A DNA stretch of 64,000 nucleotides from an uncultured Candidatus Saccharibacteria bacterium. Its GTDB lineage: Bacteria; Patescibacteriota; Minisyncoccia; Phycocordibacterales; UBA9973. Of the stretch, positions 27,984 through 36,834 are shown one piece after another. Both the position numbers and the translations under genes were made by a program. Below the pieces are notes generated by a model. That model ran no database searches. It worked only from the letters and a program-made list of their open reading frames with translations, and was not told the DNA's origin. Position 1 is the first letter of the stretch. Every line of letters starts with the position of its first letter. The DNA lies in contig CAYZYV010000004.1 in assembly GCA_964482735.1 (NCBI GenBank), positions 65,737-129,736 of the forward strand, read 5' to 3'.

Positions 27984-28430
27984 TTGCATAAAATAGCTTT
28001 ATATGATAAAGTAGAGCCCATGGAAATAACAAAGTCAAAATTTACACCAGTAGAGTTAAATGAACGAAAAAACCTTGATTTTAAATCAGGAGATACTGTT
28101 CGTGTCTGGAGTAAAATCATAGAAAAAGGAAAGACTCGTCTGCAAGCTTTTGAAGGACTTGTTTTGTGCCGAAAGCATGGCAAAGAAGCAGGTGCGACTT
28201 TCACTGTGCGAAAAGTTTCAATGGGTGTTGGTGTAGAAAAAATATTTCCTCTTTTCTCTCCTAATATAGGAAAAATAGAAATATTAAAGAAAGCAAAGAC
28301 AGGACGAAGTAAACTATACTCAATTCGAAACAAAGCAGTTAAAGAAGTAAGGAAGAGACTAAAGAGTGTAACTATTGCTAAAGAACAAAACGCTGTAGTT
28401 GAAGAAGAAAATACAAAAGTAGAAGAATAA
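27984..28430 (+). CDS. rplS: 50S ribosomal protein L19
   Basis: [28 protein letters not shown]...[24 protein letters not shown] matches L19. Confidence 0.8.
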   Translation: MHKIALYDKVEPMEITKSKFTPVELNERKNLDFKSGDTVRVWSKIIEKGKTRLQAFEGLVLCRKHGKEAGATFTVRKVSMGVGVEKIFPLFSPNIGKIEILKKAKTGRSKLYSIRNKAVKEVRKRLKSVTIAKEQNAVVEEENTKVEE

Positions 28431-28509
28431 TAAAACCCCGACAAAAGTCGGGTTTTATTATTGAAAAAAACTAGTAGACGTTTTCTCTTTGAGGTGATAA
28501 AATGTTAAT

Positions 28510-29184
28510 ATGGTAAAGAGAGGACCAAAGCCAAAAGCAATAATAAGTACAAAATGGACTTCTGGTTTAGCCTATGCGATTGGGTTGCTTGCAACAGACG
28601 GTTACTTATCAAAAGATGGACTTCTTGTAGATTTGACCTCCAAAGACAAAGAACAGTTAATGAATTTTTCTAAATGTGTAGGTTTTAATTTTAAAATAGG
28701 GGAAAAAATAAACGGTAAAGGTAATAAGAATTTAAGAATTCAATTTAAAAATAGGATTTTCTATGATTTTCTTTTGTCTATTGGATTATCACCAAAAAAG
28801 TCTTTGACTATTAGTAAGGTAAAAGTACCAGATAAGTATTTCTTCGACTTTTTGAGGGGGTGTTTTGATGGTGATGGGTCATTTTATTCTTATTGGGACA
28901 AAAGGTGGTGCTCGAGTTATATGTTTTATCTAGAATTTACTTCTGGTAGTATTGAATACATTAATTGGCTAAGGGAAGAATTAAGAAAAAGACTTGGAGT
29001 AAAAGGACATATTACACATAGTAAACTAGGAAATACCCACAATTTAAAATACGCAAAAAAAGAATCCCTAGAAGTAATTAAAAATATGTATTATAATCCA
29101 AAGGTTGTTTGCTTGTCTCGGAAAAAAGAAAAAATAAAAAAGGTTCTTAAACAAGAAAAACAACAACAAAAAAATAATAAATAA
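28510..29184 (+). CDS. LAGLIDADG homing endonuclease (two-motif, free-standing) immediately upstream of tRNA-Leu
   Basis: Two LAGLIDADG-like motifs, AIGLLATDGYL and FLRGCFDGDGSF, and a basic C-terminus. Confidence 0.65.
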   Translation: MVKRGPKPKAIISTKWTSGLAYAIGLLATDGYLSKDGLLVDLTSKDKEQLMNFSKCVGFNFKIGEKINGKGNKNLRIQFKNRIFYDFLLSIGLSPKKSLTISKVKVPDKYFFDFLRGCFDGDGSFYSYWDKRWCSSYMFYLEFTSGSIEYINWLREELRKRLGVKGHITHSKLGNTHNLKYAKKESLEVIKNMYYNPKVVCLSRKKEKIKKVLKQEKQQQKNNK

Positions 29185-29188
29185 CAAT

Positions 29189-29270
29189 GCCCGGGTGGTG
29201 AAATTGGTAAACATGCTAGTATGAGGTGCTAGTGCCGCAAGGCTTGGAGGTTCAAGTCCTCTCCCGGGCA
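29189..29270 (+). tRNA. tRNA-Leu (anticodon GAG)
   Basis: Acceptor GCCCGGG/CCCGGGC, anticodon arm CTAGT-ATGAGGT-GCTAG, long variable arm, T-arm GGAGG-TTCAAGT-CCTCT. Confidence 0.75.
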
Positions 29271-29357
29271 CAAAGTGAAGCTTTGTGCAAAAACAGAAAC
29301 ATGTTATGTCTCTGTTTTTTATTTACTAAAATCTTTTAAGAATGTTATAATAAAATC

Positions 29358-32093
29358 ATGATAACAGCTGATCTTATTTCTTATATTAGAAAACAACAAG
29401 ATAATAATATATCTAATGATTTAATAACCTCTAATCTTGAGAGTGTAGGTTGGCACCCAGAAGACATAGAAGAAGGTTTTTATAAAGTTAATGAACTTCG
29501 AAGCAGAGAAAAAAATATATCTCGAGAAGAAGGTGATGACATTTCTAGTCCAGAAATTGATGAGAATGAACAATCCTTGGCAGATAGGTATCGAGAGCCT
29601 ATAGATTTAGATGCAGAGCCATTGGCGAAAAAGGATTTTCCAGTTGTTGCAAAAAAGAAAGAAATAGTTGAACCCAAGAAGGGAGAAGTAGAAATTAAAC
29701 CAGAGGTTGTTAGTCAGCCTGTAATTATAAAAACTAGAGATTATACTAAAGAACCAGAAGTTGAAGAAAAACCAGAATTCGACTTCAACGAGTATATAAG
29801 AGAAAATTCTTCACCTGCCAAAAAGGATCTTGTTGATGTTGTAAATCCATTTAATATTATTATAGAAAAAAATGAGAACGACGAGGACGGTCAAAATGAA
29901 TTTAATGCAAGCTTACAGCCTGAAGTTAAAGAGGAGATTAAGGTGGAAACAAAAGAAGAGTCTTTGGTTAAAGAGGAACCTGCTCTAATTGATCTAAACA
30001 AAGTAAACACAGAGCCGATAGTTGAAGAAATTAAAAATGTTGAACCTGTAATAGCTTTGAGTGAAGTAGCTGAATCAAAAACAGAACCAGATAAGGAAAA
30101 ACCTGAGGTAACGGTAGAAAATGAACCAGCCCCAATAAGTGATTTGTCTGAGCTTAAAAAGATGATAGAACAAAAGCTTAGTTCTCAAAACATACCAGTG
30201 TCAGAACCTATAAATATAGAAGGACTAGATGCTAGATCCACACCAGATGAAATTATTCCTAAGGAAAAAGTTGAACCAGAAGAAGAACCACTAGTTGATC
30301 CGATTTTGAATGCGAATGAATTAGAAAGCGGAGATGGTCAATCTAAAATTTGGTTACCCAAAGCTGTTCCTGTAAAAGAAATTGAAGCACCTGAAGTAGT
30401 AGAAGAAGAACCAAAAGTTGAAACCCCCGTAAGTGGTCCAGAAATTTTTGAAAAAATAAACGGTGGAGAAATTCCTCTAAAAGAAAACACACTTCTAGAA
30501 GAAGAGAAAGGATTTGCTATTGATGGATTACCAAAGATATCACCAGTCTCTACTTATTCAAAAGATATTGAAGAAGCTATTAACAAAGCAAAGAGTGAAG
30601 GTGGTTCAGTCCCAACAAAAAGTATAATTAGTAAAAAATTAGTTAAAATAATCGCTCTTGTATTATTGATTTTGGTAGTAGGTGGAGGATTTGCTTGGGC
30701 TCTAGTTACAGATAAGATTAATATCAGTAATTTAAACATTCCATTTATTAATAAAGACCCTAGGAATTTGATAGTTAAAAATTCTCAGCTTCTAGCATCC
30801 TTAAATTCTTATAAAGCTGAAACCGTACTTGAACTAAAAGTTCCTTCCTTTGCCAACATATCTGCAGGCCTTTTAACCGGTGAGGCAGTTCCTTCCTTGG
30901 ATAAAGATAATTTAGTTTTTGGATCAAATGCGATTTTTAATAAACAGGACGGAGTTATCACATCCGATAATTCAATTTCTATTAGTGGAACAGTTCTAGA
31001 AGAATTCATAAATGGAAGAATATATAATGATGGGAATGCTTTATATTTGAATTTCCCTGATTTATCAGGAGCATTAAAAGAGCCAACATCTTTGAAAGGT
31101 TCTGTGAAGGTGAACAACGAAGAATTTTACTTAGTCTCATCTTTGTTTGGACCTAAAACCAATAAAATTATTGAAAAGATTAATCTACAGAAAATTATCT
31201 CAAGTGGAGTTTCTTCTTATTTAGATCAAGAAACACTCGGGAATTATGATGATTTGATTAAGAATGTTCAAATAACCAAAAAAGGCGAGGAGATGATAAA
31301 AGGAATAAACACTTTACATTATAGTATTAATCCAGACAAAGAATTATTCAAAAACTTAATGAAAAAAATAGTTGAGAAATTTGCAGGAGATATTAATGAA
31401 AATGATTTAGCAAATATTGACTTACTCGTTAGCTCGACAAATGTTTCTTCTTTTGATGTGTGGGTAGGGAAGGGTAATAATGCAATTTACCAATATCGTA
31501 TAGTTTTGGATACTCCAATGACCAAGATATTAGGTTTCGAAGATAAAAGTATCGGTGATGGAACAATGAGTATCTCTCTAAAAGTAACTTATTTTGATTT
31601 CAACGTAGAAAATAAGATTGAAATGCCTTCTGGATATGCAGAGATAAGTGATTTTGTTAAAAATTCAAAAATAGAAAGTGTTAAAAACAAAGTAAAAGAA
31701 TTTAATACACTAGCCCTCAATCTTAAGAAGGTTGAGAAGAAGTATGGAAACAGTTCAAACTTGAAAGGAAGTTGTATGAACCCTGTTTCAGGTTCTCTCT
31801 TTTCTCCAACTGGTCATCCTAAATCTGCAATTACTCCAGTTAGTGAAATATCATCTTTCTTGAACTACGTTCTTGGGTTAACTAAAGGCACTGGATCTTG
31901 TTACTCAAACTTAACGGACTGGTCTTTTTCAATTCCGTTGGTGGATGATTATGAAAATATAGCAACCTCGGAAGAGTTTAATAGATATTATTGTATAGAC
32001 AGCAAAGGTGGGGATATAGAAATCAGCACTCTTCCAAAAGGAACAATCTGTGAACAAAACATAGTAGAAAAAACCCAAGCACAAGGGGTCTAG
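29358..32093 (+). CDS. Large single-pass membrane protein (acidic N-terminal half, extracellular C-terminal half)
   Basis: 911 aa with one TM helix (LVKIIALVLLILVVGGGFAWALV) around residue 430; no known domain recognized. Confidence 0.55.
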   Translation: MITADLISYIRKQQDNNISNDLITSNLESVGWHPEDIEEGFYKVNELRSREKNISREEGDDISSPEIDENEQSLADRYREPIDLDAEPLAKKDFPVVAKKKEIVEPKKGEVEIKPEVVSQPVIIKTRDYTKEPEVEEKPEFDFNEYIRENSSPAKKDLVDVVNPFNIIIEKNENDEDGQNEFNASLQPEVKEEIKVETKEESLVKEEPALIDLNKVNTEPIVEEIKNVEPVIALSEVAESKTEPDKEKPEVTVENEPAPISDLSELKKMIEQKLSSQNIPVSEPINIEGLDARSTPDEIIPKEKVEPEEEPLVDPILNANELESGDGQSKIWLPKAVPVKEIEAPEVVEEEPKVETPVSGPEIFEKINGGEIPLKENTLLEEEKGFAIDGLPKISPVSTYSKDIEEAINKAKSEGGSVPTKSIISKKLVKIIALVLLILVVGGGFAWALVTDKINISNLNIPFINKDPRNLIVKNSQLLASLNSYKAETVLELKVPSFANISAGLLTGEAVPSLDKDNLVFGSNAIFNKQDGVITSDNSISISGTVLEEFINGRIYNDGNALYLNFPDLSGALKEPTSLKGSVKVNNEEFYLVSSLFGPKTNKIIEKINLQKIISSGVSSYLDQETLGNYDDLIKNVQITKKGEEMIKGINTLHYSINPDKELFKNLMKKIVEKFAGDINENDLANIDLLVSSTNVSSFDVWVGKGNNAIYQYRIVLDTPMTKILGFEDKSIGDGTMSISLKVTYFDFNVENKIEMPSGYAEISDFVKNSKIESVKNKVKEFNTLALNLKKVEKKYGNSSNLKGSCMNPVSGSLFSPTGHPKSAITPVSEISSFLNYVLGLTKGTGSCYSNLTDWSFSIPLVDDYENIATSEEFNRYYCIDSKGGDIEISTLPKGTICEQNIVEKTQAQGV

Positions 32094-32143
32094 ATTTTTT
32101 AACGTTTTTTTGGTATAAATATAAAACCACAGAGTGGTTTTAT

Positions 32144-32216
32144 GGTGCCTATAGTGTAATGGTTAGCACAAGAGTCTGTGGATCTCTTAGTCAGAGTTCG
32201 AGTCTCTGTAGGCACC
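32144..32216 (+). tRNA. tRNA-His (anticodon GTG) with encoded G-1
   Basis: The extra 5' G pairs with discriminator C. Anticodon loop CTGTGGA, T-arm CAGAG-TTCGAGT-CTCTG. Confidence 0.8.
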
Positions 32217-32253
32217 CACACCTATATTTTTATAGTCGTAAATCATATATAAT

Positions 32254-32514
32254 ATGTATATGTTTTATTTCTATGTGTTAAAAAGTAAAAAAGATAATAA
32301 TTTGTATTTTGGCTCTACAAATAATTTACGACGCAGGCTTTTAGACCACAACAGTGGTAAAGTAAACTCTACTCGTCCTAGATTACCATTTGAGCTTAAA
32401 TATTATGAAGCTTATTCTAATGAAAATGATGCCAGAAAGAGAGAAGCTTCAATTAAGAAAGATGGTCGAGCTTTATCTGTGTTACGGAAAAGAATAAGCC
32501 AAAGCCTGCAATAA
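32254..32514 (+). CDS. Mini GIY-YIG nuclease domain protein (86 aa) inserted at the 3' flank of tRNA-His
   Basis: FYFYVLKS...YFGSTNNLRRRLLDHN GIY-YIG core. It is flanked by a 12-nt duplicate of the tRNA-His 3' end (tgtaggcaccca at 32205..32216 and 32530..32541) and by the inverted cccacacc/ggtgtggg motif. Confidence 0.7.
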   Translation: MYMFYFYVLKSKKDNNLYFGSTNNLRRRLLDHNSGKVNSTRPRLPFELKYYEAYSNENDARKREASIKKDGRALSVLRKRISQSLQ

Positions 32515-32610
32515 AAAAATGGGTGTGGGTGTAGGCACCCAGCGTGAAATTTCTAAATAATATCTTTGTGCAGCTTGGTAGATTTAGTTCTACTCTGATA
32601 TACTTTTTAT

Positions 32611-33024
32611 ATGAAAATAGAAAATTTTGCAGGGTGTTTAATTATTGAAAATGGAAAGGTTCTTTTAGTTCAAGAAAAACACAAAGAAGCTTATGGTCTT
32701 TGGTCACTACCCCTTGGACATAGTGAGGAAAATGAAAATGAAAAAGAAACAGCTATAAGAGAGACAAAAGAAGAAACAGGGTTAAATGTTTCTCTGGATA
32801 AAAATAAAACCTTAGAACTTCAAGGAAGAGAATTTAAGAGTACGAGTAATTTTGATGACAATATAATAAATTTAACTATTTTTCAAGCAAAAATCACTGG
32901 TGGTAGTTTATGTATAGGAAATGATATTCTGGATATAAAATGGTTTTCTGTAGATGAACTAAATCAAATTCAATTGAGAGGGGAATGGATTAAATATTTT
33001 GTTGATAAACTGGGATATAAATAG
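32611..33024 (+). CDS. NUDIX hydrolase
   Basis: Nudix box GHSEENENEKETAIRETKEETGL. Confidence 0.75.
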   Translation: MKIENFAGCLIIENGKVLLVQEKHKEAYGLWSLPLGHSEENENEKETAIRETKEETGLNVSLDKNKTLELQGREFKSTSNFDDNIINLTIFQAKITGGSLCIGNDILDIKWFSVDELNQIQLRGEWIKYFVDKLGYK

Positions 33025-33043
33025 TTGTATCATTTCTTTGTTC

Positions 33044-33090
33044 AAAAATAGTTCTAACATCCTCCACCACGGCACCAAAGAATAAAATAA
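33044..33090 (+). repeat. Left copy of a 46-47 nt direct repeat bracketing the DGR1 cassette
   Basis: aaaaatagttctaacatcctccaccacggcaccaaagaataaaataa versus 35905..35950, about 43 of 46 identical. Confidence 0.5.
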
Positions 33091-33309
33091 TGATAAAAAC
33101 CTTATAAAATAAGGTGTTTTTTGTCATACTAAAACATTGACTTTTCTGTCAAATATGATATACTATTAGGTAGTTCCTTGAAATCTACTTGCGTATAATG
33201 GTCATAGCCAAAAGGTGCTTATTTATAGGTATTTTCTGGCTATGACTGTTGTCTAGTCCCACTTACGGGAAGTAAGAAAAAAGAGCTATAAGCTCATAAT
33301 ACTTTTATT

Positions 33310-33909
33310 ATGAAATACAATGATTTTACCCTAGGACAAATTGAAGCAGTTTTAAACAAACTAGGTGGAATAGAAGGCGTAATGGACTTTCTTTCTGGCA
33401 AAACTATTGTGAAGGTTCCATCGGATGAAAAAACCTTGTTCAATGTATGGAAAACTATTAAACTCGGCAATTACAAAAATGCCGATGAGTTTCGTAAGGC
33501 ACTCAAAAAAAATGGTTTCAAAACCGGCGACTGGGCAAACGACATCCTCGACAAACCCGCATTTACAGTAGCTGGAGCAGAAGAAGAAATCCAGTTGGTG
33601 AATGTTTCAGTAGCTGACCTTGGTTTCAAAAACGGTGCCACTTACAAGGGTATCTGTGCTAAAGCCAAAGAACTTGGCTTGGAACTTTGTCCCAATGAAG
33701 TCGGTCCACAATTGCGTTTGCAATACAAAGACCAGCCCAAGGGCGAACACCTGTGTATTGCAATGGAACCAATTACCGACTCGTTTGGCAACCTCAGCAT
33801 CTTCCACGTTGGACACGATGACGATGTTTTGTGGCTCTATGGCTACTATGGCTATTCTGTCCCTTTCTGGAGTGCTTACTACCGTTTTGTTTTCCGTCTT
33901 CGCAAGTAG
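33310..33909 (+). CDS. DGR1 variable (target) protein; C-terminal variable region
   Basis: The last 136 nt (VR1, 33772..33907) match TR1 with about 17 mismatches, all but one of which lie at TR adenines. Confidence 0.75.
   Translation: MKYNDFTLGQIEAVLNKLGGIEGVMDFLSGKTIVKVPSDEKTLFNVWKTIKLGNYKNADEFRKALKKNGFKTGDWANDILDKPAFTVAGAEEEIQLVNVSVADLGFKNGATYKGICAKAKELGLELCPNEVGPQLRLQYKDQPKGEHLCIAMEPITDSFGNLSIFHVGHDDDVLWLYGYYGYSVPFWSAYYRFVFRLRK
33772..33907 (+). repeat. DGR1 variable repeat (VR1)
   Basis: Aligned to TR1 34267..34402. TR A maps to VR G/C/T at about 16 sites, including AAC-type codons. Confidence 0.8.
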
Positions 33910-34266
33910 CACTTGGACCTTGTTTACTTTGGTCTCTTTTGACCCTTTGGACTTTGTCCTTAAAAAAGTTTTTGAAGTATCACACAACCTCTATGACCCC
34001 TGTATAATTAAAAAAACAGGGGTTATTTTTTTGTGCTAAAATAAATATGGTAGTAGGTGAATATGTGGAAGATTAAGGTTTTCCGCTACCGAACCCAGTA
34101 TCCATACATCGAGAGTATTTGCGACCACGGTTTCAAATAGAGTGATGTATGTAGAAACTTCAAAAAATGAAGATACTTGGTGTAGAAAGCTGGGTGATTT
34201 TATATCACGAATAAGGTTCAACCCCGAGAGTATTCAAAGGGTGGTGGGTTAGATGGCTTACTATAC

Positions 34267-34402
34267 ATTACCGACTCGGATGGCAACCTCAACATCTTCA
34301 ACGTTGAACACGATGACGATGATTTGTGGCTCAATGGCAACAATGGCAATTCTGTCAATTTCTGGAATGCTAACAACCGTTTTGTTTTCCGTCTTCGCAA
34401 AT
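34267..34402 (+). repeat. DGR1 template repeat (TR1)
   Basis: Noncoding 136-nt copy of VR1 that keeps adenines where VR1 varies. Confidence 0.8.
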
Positions 34403-34424
34403 CTTTTCATTTCTCTCTCACTAT

Positions 34425-34748
34425 TTATTTGGGAGAGTTTTGTTTTATAAGTTGTCCATTCCAACCACCAAGTATTTTGCCTATCTCATCTATCCCTGCA
34501 GAAAGAGTAATATATTTTTTATCATCTAATGCTTTAATTTCCCATAGAACCATCAAAAGTATTTTTAAGGTGTCTGTTTTTCTTATCGCTAGTCGGACCC
34601 ACGGAGGTTTTTCTTCTCTAGATAAAAAACTAGCAATAGAAATTGCTTCTATAATTTCCACAAAGATAGTATCAATTTTTTGTCCTAGAGAGTGTTTGTG
34701 TATTTTAGGCAGAGTTTGGTAAAAAGTAATCCAAATTAGATAAGTCAT
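34425..34748 (-). CDS. avd: DGR accessory variability determinant (Avd-like four-helix-bundle protein), divergent from RT1
   Basis: 107 aa from the internal Met. The C-terminal GIDEIGKILGGW resembles the bAvd EVGRILGSW region. It lies between TR1 and RT1. Confidence 0.6.
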   Translation of the reverse strand: MTYLIWITFYQTLPKIHKHSLGQKIDTIFVEIIEAISIASFLSREEKPPWVRLAIRKTDTLKILLMVLWEIKALDDKKYITLSAGIDEIGKILGGWNGQLIKQNSPK

Positions 34749-34776
34749 TTTTGCTTTTGCCAGTAGGGGCAAAAGC

Positions 34777-34787
34777 GGGGGGGGGGG
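34777..34787. repeat. G11 homopolymer in the 52-nt avd1/RT1 divergent intergenic region
   Basis: ggggggggggg sits 14 nt upstream of the RT1 ATG and 29 nt upstream of the avd1 ATG, and it is unusual in an AT-rich genome. Confidence 0.7.
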
Positions 34788-34800
34788 TAAAATCATTACT

Positions 34801-35805
34801 ATGTCTCGTATACAATTTAGTCATACATATCAATATATCATTTCTACTGAAAATCTCCTCCTTGCTTGGAAGGAGTTTTTGAAAGGCAAAAAATCAAGGA
34901 AAGATGTTTTAGAGTTTGAAAGAAACTTGATGACTAATATCTTAAAACTTCACAGCGAACTCTCAAATAAAACATATAAACATTCTGATTACCAAGCATT
35001 TGATATATCTGACCCTAAACCACGAAGCATACATAAAGCAAAAGTGCGGGACAGATTACTTCATCACGCACTCTATCGCGAACTTTATCCATTTTTTGAT
35101 AGAACATTTATAGCCGACTCATATTCTTGTAGGAAAAATAAGGGAACGCATAAAGCAATGCGGAGGTTTCGGGTGTTTTCAAATAAAGTATCAAAAAACA
35201 ATACAAAAACTTGCTGGGTTTTGAAGGGTGATATACGAAAGTTTTTTGGGTCAATAGACCAGGAAATACTTGTTGAAATAATTAAAGAATATATTTATGA
35301 TAAAGATATAATTTCGTTATTATTTGAAATTATTGTAAGTTTCCAATCTACAAAAAAAGATGTTGGGTTACCTCTTGGCAATTTAACATCACAAATACTT
35401 GTGAACATTTATATGAATGAGTTTGACCAGTTTGTAAAACATAAACTAAAAGCAAAATACTATATTCGTTATGCCGATGATTTTGTTATTATGTCTGACA
35501 AAAAAGAATGGCTTGAAAACTTATTGCCACAAGTAGCAATTTTTCTTGAGATACGGCTCAAATTATTGCTTCATCCAGACAAGGTTTTTATAAAAACTCT
35601 TGTCTCTGGAGTTGATTTTCTCGGGTGGGTCCATTTTCCCGACCATCGGATAGTAAGAACCATAACTAAACGCAGAATGTTAAAACATATTAGACAAAGG
35701 GAAGGCAAAAAAGAAACGGTCCAGTCCTGTCTTGGGCTCTTAAGCCACGGTAATGCGAAGAAACTTTCTAACTCAATAACTATGAAATATGTAATTGAAA
35801 AATAA
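34801..35805 (+). CDS. DGR reverse transcriptase (RT1)
   Basis: RT motifs with the DGR-typical LPLGNLTSQ (SQ rather than QG) and YADD (RYADDFVI). Only 334 aa, with no maturase or endonuclease domains. Confidence 0.85.
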   Translation: MSRIQFSHTYQYIISTENLLLAWKEFLKGKKSRKDVLEFERNLMTNILKLHSELSNKTYKHSDYQAFDISDPKPRSIHKAKVRDRLLHHALYRELYPFFDRTFIADSYSCRKNKGTHKAMRRFRVFSNKVSKNNTKTCWVLKGDIRKFFGSIDQEILVEIIKEYIYDKDIISLLFEIIVSFQSTKKDVGLPLGNLTSQILVNIYMNEFDQFVKHKLKAKYYIRYADDFVIMSDKKEWLENLLPQVAIFLEIRLKLLLHPDKVFIKTLVSGVDFLGWVHFPDHRIVRTITKRRMLKHIRQREGKKETVQSCLGLLSHGNAKKLSNSITMKYVIEK

Positions 35806-35904
35806 AGGATTTATTAAAATAGTGAGAAGTAGAGCAGGGTAAAATTAGACCATTATAATAGGTTGGAACTCCGGAATATAAATTGCTGCATCGTTTCTTC
35901 TCTT

Positions 35905-35950
35905 AAAAATAGTTCTAACATCCTCTACTACGGCACCAAAGAATAAATAA
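35905..35950 (+). repeat. Right copy of the direct repeat bracketing the DGR1 cassette
   Basis: aaaaatagttctaacatcctctactacggcaccaaagaataaataa. Confidence 0.5.
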
Positions 35951-36050
35951 GTAAATGGTTACGTTTGCTTATTTTCTAATACGCTTGACAACCGTGTTAG
36001 AAAAATATAACATTGGAAGTGTGTTAATTATTTCTAACGTTTAAATTATT

Positions 36051-36596
36051 ATGTCAAATAAACAATATCAAAAAATAAGATTAATAATAGTTGTTATTAC
36101 AGCAATTGTCTTTGGACAAGCTATTGTTTTAGATAACTATTTAATTCCTATAATAACCCTAGACGTATCTTCACTTTTGCTTATCTACTTAAGAAGAAAA
36201 GTTAAAGAAATAATGGTAGATGAAAGAGACAAGGCTCTAGGTGGAAAAGCCGCTTTAATGGCAATACAGATTTATTCTTGGATTACTGTAATTGTAATGC
36301 TTGTTCTTTATGCTTCAAAAGACCTAAATCCTTTCTATGAACCGATAGGGATGACACTCGCGTATTCCACATGTCTTCTCATGTTTATATATTCTTTAAT
36401 CTTTCGTTTTTACAATAAAGAAACATTTTCCAAAAATAAAAGAAACTACATAATTGTTGTAGCTCTAGTGGCTATATTTGTTGGCTTTTTTAGTGTTAGG
36501 TTTTTTAGTGGGGAAGACAATTGGGTTTGTAAAAATGGACAGTGGATTAAACATGGTAATCCAAGTTTTGACGCTCCACAAGTTGAATGTAAATAA
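36051..36596 (+). CDS. Hypothetical membrane protein (4 TM), upstream partner of the XRE regulator
   Basis: 181 aa and hydrophobic. Its stop codon lies 3 nt before the start of the next gene. Confidence 0.45.
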   Translation: MSNKQYQKIRLIIVVITAIVFGQAIVLDNYLIPIITLDVSSLLLIYLRRKVKEIMVDERDKALGGKAALMAIQIYSWITVIVMLVLYASKDLNPFYEPIGMTLAYSTCLLMFIYSLIFRFYNKETFSKNKRNYIIVVALVAIFVGFFSVRFFSGEDNWVCKNGQWIKHGNPSFDAPQVECK

Positions 36597-36599
36597 AAT

Positions 36600-36788
36600 A
36601 TGAAAAACAATATAAAAGAATTAAGAAATAAATTAAATATAACTCAAGATGAACTTGCTAAAAAAGCCAAGGTTAGGAGAGAGACAATAATTTTTCTTGA
36701 GCAAAACAAATACAATCCATCTCTACAGTTGGCTCATGATGTAGCCGAAGCTTTAGGGACTACTATTGATAAGTTGTTCTTGTTTTAA
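36600..36788 (+). CDS. XRE-family helix-turn-helix transcriptional regulator (62 aa)
   Basis: LNITQDELAKKAKVRRETIIFLEQNKYNPSLQLAHDVAEALG is a canonical Cro/C1-type HTH. Confidence 0.75.
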   Translation: MKNNIKELRNKLNITQDELAKKAKVRRETIIFLEQNKYNPSLQLAHDVAEALGTTIDKLFLF

Positions 36789-36834
36789 TTTTTTGTCGTG
36801 ACAAAAAATTATTAGAGCATGATATAATGTCTCA

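Noticed and set aside
33910-34260. Small ORFs between VR1 and TR1 (for example 33620..34039, 34036..34221)
   Set aside because: They overlap the VR/TR repeat sequence and hairpins and show no coding signal. They are likely noncoding DGR spacer.
34801-35805. The two reverse transcriptases interpreted as group II intron or retron RTs
   Set aside because: They are only 334 and 357 aa, with no maturase/X or En domains and no flanking intron RNA domain V/VI-like structure. They carry the DGR-diagnostic [I/L]GxxxSQ motif, and each is paired with an A-specific TR/VR repeat and an Avd-like gene.
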